A stretch of 64,000 nucleotides of DNA from Naegleria gruberi (taxonomy: Eukaryota), in assembly GCA_000004985.1 (NCBI GenBank), contig GG738924.1, one strand, 5' to 3'. Shown piece by piece: positions 34,801 to 45,371 of the stretch. The notes below the pieces were generated by a model. That model saw only the letters and a list, made by a program, of their open reading frames with translations. It did not search any database and was not told the origin of the DNA. The first letter of the stretch is position 1. Every line of letters starts with the position of its first letter. The position numbers and the translations under genes are program-made.

Positions 34801-35165
34801 GCTGATGTTGTTGTCGATGATGATGTTGAATTGTTTTTATCATGTGAAGAATTGGTTCTGAAACGATTGAAAAGTTTGGAAGCAAATGAAGATGTGTGAG
34901 TTTTCTGAGTTGGAGTGGATGTAGTAGTATTTGGAGTTGAGGAGGTTTTGGTATTGCTATTCTTTCCATTAGATGTAGATGTGGTGATGGTGTTATTATT
35001 GGAAGTAGATGTGGAAATGTTGGTATGTTCGTCTTCATCATCCTCTTCTTCCTCTTCGACTGCTCCCAGGGCTTCTATATTCACTCCATATAATGTATTA
35101 TTATTATTATTATTAGCAGTATTATTATTATCATTATTATTGGTTGGATGTGGTGGAGGTTTCAT
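31863..35165 (-). CDS. Large RGS-domain / START-domain signalling protein with long low-complexity (N/S/T-rich) linkers
   Basis: 1100-aa ORF with ATG at 35165. It has an RGS N-terminal half (FQGIFTDRTMFRAFYRYLETEHNTEPLEFITRVNELEF) and an RGS C-terminal half (QVLKVYRKQIMLAIQIMKDFIEE..NDSFPRFVRSDVWFKKL), followed by a START-like domain (DYQWKLLGSKKEGAINVYKLSE..IDIRDFQYYSIKKLDSYRTNITQIHLLDVGGNARFAINLL). It is a paralogue of the RGS/START portions of the genes at 18551 and 54348. Confidence 0.75.
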   Translation of the reverse strand: MKPPPHPTNNNDNNNTANNNNNNTLYGVNIEALGAVEEEEEDDEDEHTNISTSTSNNNTITTSTSNGKNSNTKTSSTPNTTTSTPTQKTHTSSFASKLFNRFRTNSSHDKNNSTSSSTTTSAGAQNGSEDGQATPTIETKIDADEKRYKETPMIFSLPTKKSSGSAERGLSTVASSSHISKTGKLPSQQQLFVETNLEDYLFSFQGIFTDRTMFRAFYRYLETEHNTEPLEFITRVNELEFTYYKMMKMVKDIQTANANLALEGGSAASSLSNSGSGSSATFSHFKTPFSDLPKMMLMMTQNDKTKSPSKSESEPTTPRKAAKKQLSFFGLGKKPKVDETKANTPQTNSTPTTNDAEDDESEKSNRFSLRLSILKKKKDQNATASNPNSNTNSNVNTPHSNPTSPSEKKETTLMDMILKDVPTVKATETDAEVVTIKTTEHFTNEHATNGTSGTVGEPGISLTTPTPRALPKLNLGLVEKSESGESEDSTPVGASSNSGQEDNGMKSLLTVLTEKKEKKKEELRNGVASPEDDPTSERSDISGSSSRTSGDRPRSLQHAFLTLPPNTPRSKYDQVLKVYRKQIMLAIQIMKDFIEEDSKKEINISSRDKRTFVGLFQESKQYQEFDEWLLPQPPHLLFRTMKNSVMYELENDSFPRFVRSDVWFKKLQHKGLSYLTKVGRLKEATYYPYGDEDFKLPFVFDRDIEFMEYLARDDYQWKLLGSKKEGAINVYKLSEKVLFPNVGFYQKMQINKWTGILPFPFDAVKKCCMPGLQVHKYDPNITSCEELSFYDFETLKKMYPNEKFKRGPRSCGVIRYGVGFPFPFTTKRSFLSVCTAYYDKNEEKLTLLYKPCEHERFYMDGKGVNEGKKLIDIRDFQYYSIKKLDSYRTNITQIHLLDVGGNARFAINLLRMDRAKGMMKGFNDYIRKNINSIPVIPEEDPVWKHVISCMGKEAAERVDMSATLYNDLKMGRNIRNKSLAATIKKHKREKKKKEKKLKKQLEKQQQLEKQQLGTDLPPTSPLSSTISSCSDDTSKMLSRQNSTASFGQSFISPEAILEEEDAMLTLFDADMENFTMTGTTDNDASDEEFDDDDEEDDEDL

Positions 35166-36495
35166 TAGTTGTTGCTGTTGTTATTGTTTTATCATCATTA
35201 ATTGTATTATTATTAGTATTAATATTTTCATCATCATTAGTTGTGGTGGTGATGATGGAATTCTCTAGAATGGCTGTTGCTCCGGTCATTGTTCAATATA
35301 TATTATATATTATTATTAATTATTTGAATATTATTATGAAAATCTTCTTCTTCTTCGCAAATATTCACACACAATGGAAGGTAATGTTTTCAATATTTGG
35401 AGCGAAAAGGAATTTTAAATTTGGCCAATGATATATTTCAAGCTTGTTGGGAAATTATACTGTCGTCAAAATTACGGTGGAAGAAACTGTGCGTGATTTT
35501 GAGCAAGAATATGAAAATATCGAAGTGGTTACCAGTTGCTATCTTTTTCACTTCGTTTGTTCTTTTGAATTATCTACAGAATGTTGTGGAGGAAAAATTG
35601 CAAATGTTAAAGCTACTAATTGATGATTTTGTTTTTTGAATTGACAGTTGGCACCACCGATGAAAGAATGGATCGGATCCACAAGATTGTGTCAGGTTGA
35701 TTCTTTTTTGTGTTGGTTTTCAACTTTCCTTGGAAGTAACTTATCCATTTTTCGTGATTAGTGTTAATATTAATTTGCGAATGATGAAGAAAAGCAATAA
35801 GAAATTAACGAAACTCGTCTTTAAAACTATTAGAAACCTACATTATTCGAAACTGTTTCTTCCAACCTTTGGGCTAACTAGCAAGATGTTTTGACACTTT
35901 TTTAAATGGTTGGCTTGTGCTGAGCACAAAACTGACTGGGATTTTTTATTCTAAACTTGACCTTTTTGGAAGTTGTTGTACAATAGGGAATTTACTTCTC
36001 ATTGGTCAACTATCATTTTTCATGGTTTAGTTTAGGTTGACAAGACCACATCTGGTCCGTATGGATAAAAATTAGCAGTCAATACTGTAACTATTTAACG
36101 TTTACAATTAGTTGAATGGTTTATTAACAGTTTCGAATAGAAAATTATAATTGACAAGGCTGCTTAAGGTGTTTACCATTGTGCCAGTAGCACACGGACG
36201 GTTCTTTGGTTTCGAGTTGAAAATTAACGACAATTTTATTACAATGGATCGTTTCGGCAAATTAAATAGCAACAACTTTCTCTTTAGAGAACTGTTCAAT
36301 AATATTCTAAAGTGTCAAACATCCATAGAAACGTGATGAAAACTACTGTATTTCATAACATGAACATGGTCATCCATTATCCAGTAACCAATAATTACAG
36401 AGATGGAAACAGATCTATTCGAAATGCATTATCCACATTCTAAATTAATAAACTTGACACTTTATTTCACTCAATAGAGAAATGATTACATCTCA

Positions 36496-36969
36496 TTACT
36501 TATTCAAGTTTCTTCTTGCAATATCAATTTGTTGCTTCTCAGATGGATTATTAAAAGTTCTCTTATCAAGACCAGCAACCACAGCATTATAACCTTCACC
36601 AGAATTTCTCATTTCTCTCATAACATTGGTGGTGGCAGAACTAGATTGTTCATGATGCATCTTTCCAAGAGCATTTCCAATGGAACCTCCTTTCTGATTT
36701 ACTGATGCTTGAGTGTAGTTATCAGTGGCAAGATTTCTCTCCATTTGAGAATGAGATGGATTGTTGGAGCTGTACATAATGTTGGAAGAACTGTGAGCAA
36801 AACTCATGACATCGTTTTGGACATTGGAATAACTGGTGTTATTGTAGGCATCACTGAGGATTGAGTTTGGAATTTTGTGAGTGGATTGTTGATCTGATCT
36901 TGTTGGATTGTTCTTGAGGTTGGAAGATCTATTCTCAGTAGCAGATTGTTGTCTAAATTGTTGAGACAT
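36496..36969 (-). CDS. Hypothetical Q/N/S-rich protein
   Basis: 157-aa ORF with ATG at 36969, of low complexity. Coding status is uncertain. Confidence 0.3.
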   Translation of the reverse strand: MSQQFRQQSATENRSSNLKNNPTRSDQQSTHKIPNSILSDAYNNTSYSNVQNDVMSFAHSSSNIMYSSNNPSHSQMERNLATDNYTQASVNQKGGSIGNALGKMHHEQSSSATTNVMREMRNSGEGYNAVVAGLDKRTFNNPSEKQQIDIARRNLNK

Positions 36970-37716
36970 TTTTTTGATGAATGGGAAACTAGTTTGATTT
37001 GGGTATCCAATAGAAATATGCCTTTTAGAATTCCTTTCGTCTCTATTTTTAGAACAGAATTCTAAACGTGTTTTATTTAGGTCACCACTAAGAGAAATTG
37101 GTGAAGTTTAAAGGGCCATCTACAGTTTTTAATCTTAATAAAATATCAACTCAATCCTTTTGATTATCAATCACAAATTGAATTCATTTACAACGAAATT
37201 AAAAGATGAAGAGACTCCCTTCCTGATTTTCTTTTTCATCAATTTGAAGATTGAAACTTGGTATGCATTCTCTCTTGTGGTTCTTGTGGTTAACAGTATA
37301 TATTACCAAATGAAACAGTGTCAATTTACCAGAGAAAGGTTTCCCACTATTGACTTGACAGTGTAAATTGATGAAAACAATTATAATGATGATTGTTGGT
37401 TGATGCAGTTACCAACCTGAAAATCAGCAGGAGCGCTTATATTCATGTCCAAACTCAATTCAGATATGAAGCAACAATTTTAATAATTGATTTTTGGATT
37501 GAAAGTTTGCATTGTTATATTTATTGGTAATACATATCATGGGCTCGCAAATTATCCATGATTAAATTGTTGCGCTACTAATGGTTATTGTTGGTACTAT
37601 TTACAAAGGAAAGAATTACATGAATTCTATTAGAAAGTGAGAGTGAAACATTGTTCTCTCTCTGAATTCAGCTTATATTTACAATGAATATTAAAAGCTA
37701 TCTGAAAGCACACACT

Positions 37717-37896
37717 TTAGAAAACCAATCCAAAGATGGCAAAGACAGCAACCAACAACAAGGCAACGAAACCATTATCAGCAGCACCAGCATAAACCTC
37801 AGATTCGTAATATTGAGCGTTAATTGGAGTGGCGAAGAAGAACATGATACAAGCCAAGAGCATCATGACAATCATAGTTTGTTGGGAGGCAGACAT
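37717..37896 (-). CDS. Small ORF (59 aa) encoding a signal peptide plus a C-terminal hydrophobic tail, possibly a small GPI-anchored or membrane peptide
   Basis: ATG at 37896 (minus). MSASQQTMIVMMLLACIMFFFATPINAQYYESEVYAGAADNGFVALLLVAVFAIFGLVF. It falls below the ORF-track size cutoff. The antisense + ORF 37684..37917 has no such structure. Confidence 0.35.
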   Translation of the reverse strand: MSASQQTMIVMMLLACIMFFFATPINAQYYESEVYAGAADNGFVALLLVAVFAIFGLVF

Positions 37897-38643
37897 TTTT
37901 GTATATTTGAGTTTTGAGTTGTTTTTTTTTTGTTGTTTTGAGATTCTGTTGAGTCACGGCGCGTTTTAAATTGAATTTTTGCGTTTGCCGTAGCGATCTT
38001 CTCAATAAGGTAGGCGAATTAGCGATAAAGAAAAACCCTTACTGTTTAGTGAATATTGTAAAGCGGTCAACCAATCAGAAGTGACCTTAGTGCGCATCTT
38101 GGTATATAAAAGTATGACGCGATATATAAATGGTAAAGTGAGGCTGTAAAAAGCAATACTCAATCACGATATCATAGAATCATAATTGTCATTTTAAGAC
38201 CTTGCTTGGATTGACTATTAGAAATGCTTTAACTTGATAAGTCCCTCGAGTTCTGTTATTATATATCATGAAATTTGTCTGTTCGTGAATAGAAGTTTAC
38301 TTGTTCATTATCAGTTTCTCGGTTCCTTTTATCAGAATCGAATAAAAACTGTAGTTGCTTCTAGTAATTCGAGAGCTGTTAGCTGATCAATTCTTGGTTT
38401 TTTGTATTACAATAAAAAAGATTTCAGATATTTATCTTCATTAATGCCACCAATCAAATTCCTATCATTTCGTGATGTGAAAAAAAGGATTGTACCTAAA
38501 CTAATCTTTTAGGACCCTTTTATGAGGCTTTGAACCTCTTGTAAAGTAATGGGATAGTGGGAATTTATTTTTTACGTTTCTTGCTATTCGAAAACAACTG
38601 CTCCATTCGAAACTGCTGAAAAAATATTTTGTAGTGCTAATTG

Positions 38644-41600
38644 ATGGATATTAATTCATCTACCAAGGAGGAAACACCTTCAAATGGTGATGGTACAAAG
38701 GATAAACCTAATTGTGCTGATGATAATTCTTCTAACAAGGAAGAAGAAACTATTCGAAATGATACGAAACGAAATTCTTCTTCGTCTACAAAACCAATAA
38801 TTATTCATCAAGATGGAGAATCTAATACACCACCAACAATTGAAAAATCAAATTCTCCTCCTACTACAATAACACATAGTCAATCTTCACCTAATATTTT
38901 CTATCCGAAAGGAAATCAACAAGTTTCTAATAATTTTCGTCATCATCAACAGATAGTTTTCAATACACCATCAACAACAACAATATTTGATGCTTCCCAT
39001 CCGTCTAATTCTATCGAATTAAAAGAAGTTTCGAATAGTAATACTACCGTTGCAATTCCCCTTCATCAAACAAATCAAACTAATCAAACTAATGTCCAAT
39101 CGACAAGAAATGGAAAATATTCATCTCTTGCCGATAATTCCTTCTCCTCTACTAACATGCCTTCACCAAATCATTCAACAACTGTCAGTCCAAATAATAC
39201 GAAAGGTGAGACTAAACAAACTCTCAGACATCGAGCATTTTCGAATGTAAAATTGATTTCACCTAGAAAGAGACTGAAACAATCTCCTTCCACTTCTAGT
39301 TTTCAAACTTCTTCTGATTCTTGGGATGTAAAAGAAAATCGTAAAGAATTGGAACAATTATTCGATTTTAAAAGAAGAGGTTATTCGAAAGGAGGCACCA
39401 AAGATTGTTGCTTTAATTTCTGGACAGCTATTTATAATACACTTTGTCCAGTGAATAGAATTTCGAACATTTTACTCTTCATTGTAATTATTCATACATT
39501 AGTTTGTATTATTGCAACTTCAGTGATTTTATATTCTGCGTAAGTTGATTTTCTATTAGAATGTTTTTGGAATTAATTTCAATTCATTGAACTGTCATCA
39601 TGTATCATACTTTATTTTTGGATTAATTTTCAATATTCTAATTTCTTTTAAAAGTGGAGAACAAAGTGTTCAAGAAATAACTCGACTCAATAATATGAAT
39701 CTAGTTCAAGAAATGGTTCAATTTTTGGATGTTGCAACCAAATCGAGTACAGAATTATCCATGCTCTTTTCAGTTCAATCGAAATATTACAATGATACGA
39801 AAGGAAATGGAAGTTTTGTCGAGCCAATCACTCGATTCTCAACAGTTGTTGCTCCAAAATTGTATACCTATTCAAACTCCTTGTCTATGGTTTATTATGG
39901 AAATGATAATGGTGATTTTGCATTTGCTGAGAGGTCTAGCACTGGTCCATATTTGTACCTTTCTCAGAACATTTTTCAGGATCAATTTAGTGAACTGTTC
40001 AAGAATAAGACATTCCCTGCTTCGAATAATATTTATGTGTTTCTTACGAATGATTATTTTGAGCCCTATCTTCAAAAGAGTAATACAGTATTTAGGATTT
40101 TGTACAATTCAACATATGATCCGAGAGTGAGACCGTGGTACACTGCCACTGAATCATTGGAAAAGGGAAAACCAGTTTGGAGTAATGTATTTGTGGATGT
40201 GAATGGAAATTTAAGTATTGCTGCCAGTTTAGTTTTGAATAATTTGAATAGTATCAAACCCTCCTTCAAGGAAGTGATTGGTGTTCATGTGATTTTCAAA
40301 AAAATTCAAACCTACCTGTTAGGACTCTATTCCTATACGAATAATTTGATGATTTTGATGGAGAATAATGGAAATTTACTCACTTCCAATGAAGATAGCT
40401 TTCCACTCACTTATTCCAACTTGTCGAGAGTGAACATATCCTCTTTTACCTCTGCCACTAAGTTTTCAAAGGAGGAGAAATCATTCTGGGGATTGAGCAA
40501 TGAAAAGCTAGATCTCATTGAAAAGATTTCCAATGTAATGGTTTCTAACAATTTACTAGATAAGAGATTTAATGGAACTGTTCCGTGCACTTCTGAAACT
40601 TTTCAAGCAACACAGGTTGCAGACATTCCAGATCAATTCTGTATTCTGAATCGATTTGTAGCCATCAAGCAGTATAACACATCAACTTCTTTTGTGAGTG
40701 TGAGTCGTTTGATTGATGCATGTGGCATGGATTTCTATTTTATAGTGAGCAGAACGTATTACTCATTCGCTGATGTATTGGTTGACCATTATGTTGGTCT
40801 ATTGGTTGTTCTTGTAGTTACTGTTTTGATTGGTACACTGGCTGTACTGGCTCTCACATCATGCATCTCTTATTCACTCTTCTTTGTCTCTAGAAAATTG
40901 TATTACATTTCCAAGTTAAGACAAGGGGACAAACCAAAGCAAAGTTTAGCTTACAAGGCACAACGAGCCATCAATATGATATTCTATGAGGTTCACACTT
41001 TACAAAAATGTTTGGATAGTGTAGAAAGAGCCAACTCGAGTTTTATCAAGTACATTCCAAGAAGTGTTGTCAAGTTTATTGTGGAAGGTTCATCAAGTGC
41101 CAAACTAGGAATGATTAACGCTGAAATTACAATAGTATTTACAGATTTAGCCAATTTTACAAATATCAGTGAGTCATTGTCAATTCACAATTTGCTTTTA
41201 GTTATTTCCAGATATTTTGAAGTTGTCACGTCAAATGTTCAAGAATGTGGAGGAATAATTGACAAATATATTGGAGACGGTTGCATGGCATTGTTCAATA
41301 CTCCCTATCAACCAGTCACTCATCATGCAGAACATGCTTGTAAGGCTGCAATCAAAATTGTCAAGGGATTGAAAAAACTAAACAAGGAAATGGAAGAAAT
41401 TTACAAGATGAAACTTCCAACAGAAATTAGTGCACGAGTTGGTGTTAATACTGGCAGCGCACTGATTGGAAATATTGGAACTCATGATAGATTGAACTTT
41501 ACTGCTGTTGGCGATTGTGTAAATGTTTCAAGTCGTTTGGAATCTCTCAATAGAATGTATGGAACTAAAATATTGATTGGTGAAGGAAGTGTTTCCACCT

Positions 41601-42577
41601 TCAAAGGAATTGACAAGCTCAGAGGAGAAACAAAGGACCATTTTTCAACCATGCTCGATCAAAGAGAATTTTCTCTCTCTGATCTCTCACAAAAAATGAT
41701 GAATTTGGTAGAATTTCAAGTAGCCACTCCAAAGACACACGAGAGTGTCGCTGCTCAGGCATCTGCTGATTTGGGAAAGGAAATGAGCTTTAGCTCTTCT
41801 TCCAATAATTTGAAAGCCACATCAACTTCATCCTCTCAGGACACTTCTCTGCCGCAAGTTGTGACCTACTTTATCGATACCATTTGCTTGAAAGGTAAAA
41901 ATCAACCTGTTCCAGTATTTGCAGTTCAATGTGATAGAAAATTAGCGACATCTGAACAAATTTACATTGAAAAAATGTTGGATCTGGTTCGTAGAGAGCT
42001 ATTGGAAGAGAAACGATTGAAAGATGTCATTCATTTATTGCGGAGTTTGATGCTTTTCTTTGAGGAGAATCAATTGACCGATTCACCAGTATTTAGAGAA
42101 CACAACACTGATCATTATGAGTTTAAATTTGGAGAGGAAATTCATACACCTATTTCTAGCATCAATGGAGAAAAGACCGAGGAGGAAATTTCTACCAATG
42201 TTGAAGGAGATCCCTATCCAGTCATTTACAAGGCCATTTCGAAACTAAAGGAAAGATTGGAACTTACCTTAATGGAACACGAAGCCAAGAAGAGAAAAGT
42301 CCAAATCAACAAGAAACGTAGTTTACTAACAGCACTCTCTATTGATACTCGATCCAAATCTGATCCACTCATTCATCCAATACTTCCAATTATTCCAGAT
42401 TTTTCAACAACTTCACTTTTGGAAGAAAACAACAATATTGAAACTGTGGAGAACTCTGAATCAACACCAACCATGGCCAAATATGAATATTATCGACAAA
42501 TGGCCTTGATGGAAAATGAAAATAGAAGAAGCTCAATGAAATTGGACGATTTTGCTTTGGTATTGCATGAGAAATAA
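38644..42577 (+). CDS. Receptor-type class III nucleotidyl (adenylyl/guanylyl) cyclase. It has an N-terminal S/T-rich region, a TM segment, a ~400-aa extracytoplasmic sensor-like domain, a second TM segment, a CYCc catalytic domain and a C-terminal extension. Exon1 is 38644..39539, the intron 39540..39654 (GTAAGT..AAAAG, 115 nt) and exon2 39655..42577.
   Basis: Splicing joins ..TSVILYSA to GEQSVQEITRL.. in frame. The cyclase core matches class III enzymes (ITIVFTDLANFTNISE..GGIIDKYIGDGCMALFN..ARVGVNTGSALIGNIGTHDRLNFTAVGDCVNVSSRLES). TM helices are LLFIVIIHTLVCIIATSVILY and LLVVLVVTVLIGTLAVLALTSCISYSLFF. The track splits the gene into 38641..39543 and 39587..42577. Confidence 0.82.
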
Positions 42578-42669
42578 AAAAGTGAAAACTTTCCCTCCAA
42601 AAATTGCCGTTACTCAAATTTTTTTAAAAAATTCTCAAAAAAAAGCCGCAACATCCTCTTCACAACAAT

Positions 42670-44145
42670 ATGTCCCTCAAACTCCAAGTCTATGAAGATG
42701 TGGCTGAACAACAACAACAACAATGGCCTGATGTTTCCCTCCGTAAGCAACTCTCCCAATCCGACCCCAAATGGTTCATCAAGCCTTCTAATTATTCTCA
42801 CTTGGCAGAGTTGGAGATTTATCCAAGAGTTTTCCTTGGTTCTCAGTGGGAAGCAAAGGATCCAGACTGGTTTCAAACTCACAGAATTTCCCATGTTTTG
42901 AATGTGAGTACGCTGCAGAATACCTTCCAGAAGAAGCCTTTGTATTATAGTAATTTATCAACAAATTCCTCATCGGATCCAGAGAATACAAATCCAAATA
43001 TTATGATGATGAATAGTATGAGTAGTGGTGGTAGTCATAGTGTAAATAAGAATACAACATTGAGTGGTAAACAACAGGTACATGTAAATTATTTAAAGAT
43101 TAATGTTGATGATTCGACGGATGTGAATGTGAGAAAGTACTTTGAAAAGGTGATTGATTTTGTGAGGGATGCTTTGGAAGGATCCCCAACAAGTAATGTT
43201 TTAATTCATTGGTATGTTTTGTTGTTGTTTGATGATGAAGTTAATAATAATATTATTGTTGTTATTTGTTATATTGATGATGTTTGAAATAGTAAGGAAG
43301 GTAAATCTAGATCAGTGACCATGATGTTAGTGTTCGGAATGGCTTACTTTGATTTATCACTCTATGAAGCATATAAACACTTTGAAAATAAGACTTTTAA
43401 CAGATCGAGAATTAATTTGGGATTTCAATTACAATTGATGAATTATGAAGTGGAATTGTTGGAGGCAAAAGGTGTGGAAAAACCAAAGAATTCGCTGGAT
43501 TTCCTTAATCAAGCAGCAGTTAATAGTTGTCGTAGTAATGTTACACAACCTCAACCAATTCAAATCACAACAACAGAAGAACAATCAAAGAGACCTCGAA
43601 GAAATACCAAAAAGACACCACTCTCGGATATTACTAATACTGGAGCCACTACTTTACAGCCACCACCATCAAAAGCAAAGAAATCTACTGTTAAGGTACT
43701 TCCAAAGAAGACAAAGAATGCAACAACACCTATTCCACAAATAATTCCACCAATAATTAATATTGAAGAAGATATTCCTGAAATACCCTCAATTGTTGAG
43801 AATAGTAGCATCTCAATAGATCAACAACAAGAAAACCAACCTGTTACACCTTTGAGAAGTCCAATAAGATCGAGAAGATCGAGTCGTAAAACACCTTCTT
43901 CTATCATTAAGATTCCATTCTCAACACTGGACAATGCATCCTATGTTTCTCCAATGAAAAACAAGATGCCACCAACACCATTGGGAACTCCTTCTATCAC
44001 TAATGACATTATAATAGATGATTATTCTACATTGGAATTTAAATTTGATGAGGATGATTTGGAAATTTCTAAAGGACTCGAAGATAGAGTATTCATGACA
44101 ACTCCACTCAAAAAGAGAAAGACTGACGAAGATATTATGCAGTAA
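42670..44145 (+). CDS. Dual-specificity protein phosphatase with an S/T/P-rich C-terminal tail. Exon1 is 42670..43211, the intron 43212..43292 (GTATGT..ATAG, 81 nt) and exon2 43293..44145.
   Basis: The intron splits the catalytic-cysteine codon. Splicing gives VLIHCKEGKSRSVTMMLVFGMAY (HCxxGxxRS P-loop). The upstream DUSP-fold elements (IYPRVFLGSQWEAKD..ISHVLNVS) and the downstream AYxxL..region are present. The track shows 42670..43287 and 43315..44145. Confidence 0.85.
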
Positions 44146-44566
44146 ACAAACAACAAATTAATTTATTTAATCAGAAATCAATTCCCTTCTCTATTATGAT
44201 GTGAAAAAAACCAATTTGCAAAGAAGCATGGAATTCATCAAATACCAAACTAAATACCAAAAGGTGAGGGTATACAATGGATTTAATCAAAGGAACGGAT
44301 AAAATTGATTTCTGATTCTTCATCCTTCCTTTCACTTCTGTGAACATGTATTGAACTACTTTACACACCACCAATCAAAAGTTAAACGAAATCGTTTTGG
44401 AAAGAGAGATTTATTGTAAAAATGACTCGTACTAATCCTGGTTGATCAATGACATTATAATCAACTGTTATGGGAATAATTAGTAACACCATGTTCGAAT
44501 CCTTTAAATACAGTCATTGTAACAACAAGCGAAATCAATTTTAAACAAAAAATATTCGAAACTTAA

Positions 44567-45094
44567 ATGACTGATCACGCTGAATTATTCAAACCAAAGA
44601 CTGGAGGCTTAGCTTTCAAGAGAGCTGCCAATGAACTATTCGAATACACCATCGTTGATGCTACCAATGCCTTGAAAAGTTACAATAGCAAAATGATTCT
44701 CCTCATTGACTGGGATTCCCTTTCGAATATTCCAGCCGAATTAAAGTACAAGTATGGAGATACTGATAATGAAGAGAAAGCTCTCGATAACATTATGAAA
44801 TTCCTCAAGAACTCCTCCAGATTGAAGAGTTTGGGTGATTTAGTAATTTGGGAATTCGTCCAAGATTCGGATTGTAAAGAAGCATTTCAAGTATTGGACA
44901 AGTTGATTTTCAGAGTTGTTCATAATGAGAATGATATGGATCATTCTGGTGCTCATGGATATACCTATCAAGTTAAAGGAAGTGAATTGATTGTAACTTT
45001 GGAATGTAATGTCACTCAAGTTATTCAATATCAATATGAAGGTTGGACTGTTGACAGATTTGAAGAAGTTAAAAAGTTGATGGCTTGTTTCTAG
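44567..45094 (+). CDS. Hypothetical protein
   Basis: 175-aa ORF with ATG at 44567. Coding-like composition. No recognised domain. Confidence 0.5.
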   Translation: MTDHAELFKPKTGGLAFKRAANELFEYTIVDATNALKSYNSKMILLIDWDSLSNIPAELKYKYGDTDNEEKALDNIMKFLKNSSRLKSLGDLVIWEFVQDSDCKEAFQVLDKLIFRVVHNENDMDHSGAHGYTYQVKGSELIVTLECNVTQVIQYQYEGWTVDRFEEVKKLMACF

Positions 45095-45371
45095 GTCAAG
45101 TGAGAATTGTGAAAAAGAAATTGGATTAATATTCAATAAAGAGAATTTGATAGTATTTATGATAGTTTCGAATATTCTATCGAATGGCTAGGTGTTACGA
45201 CTAAATGAACACCGAATATACGGCATACGAGGAATAAGAACAAAATGAATGTTTGACAAATCTTTTCAGAGGACAGGATGTTTAAACAATTGTTACAATA
45301 AATCCGATTTCAGACGAATCTTCACTCAACAACATTCAACAGAATTAAAACTTAAAAAAAATCAACACGCC

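Noticed and set aside
33454-35431. Several 60-190-aa ORFs on both strands within 33454..35431
   Set aside because: They are shadows of the low-complexity N/S/T-rich linker of the 1100-aa RGS/START gene, with repetitive compositional bias only.
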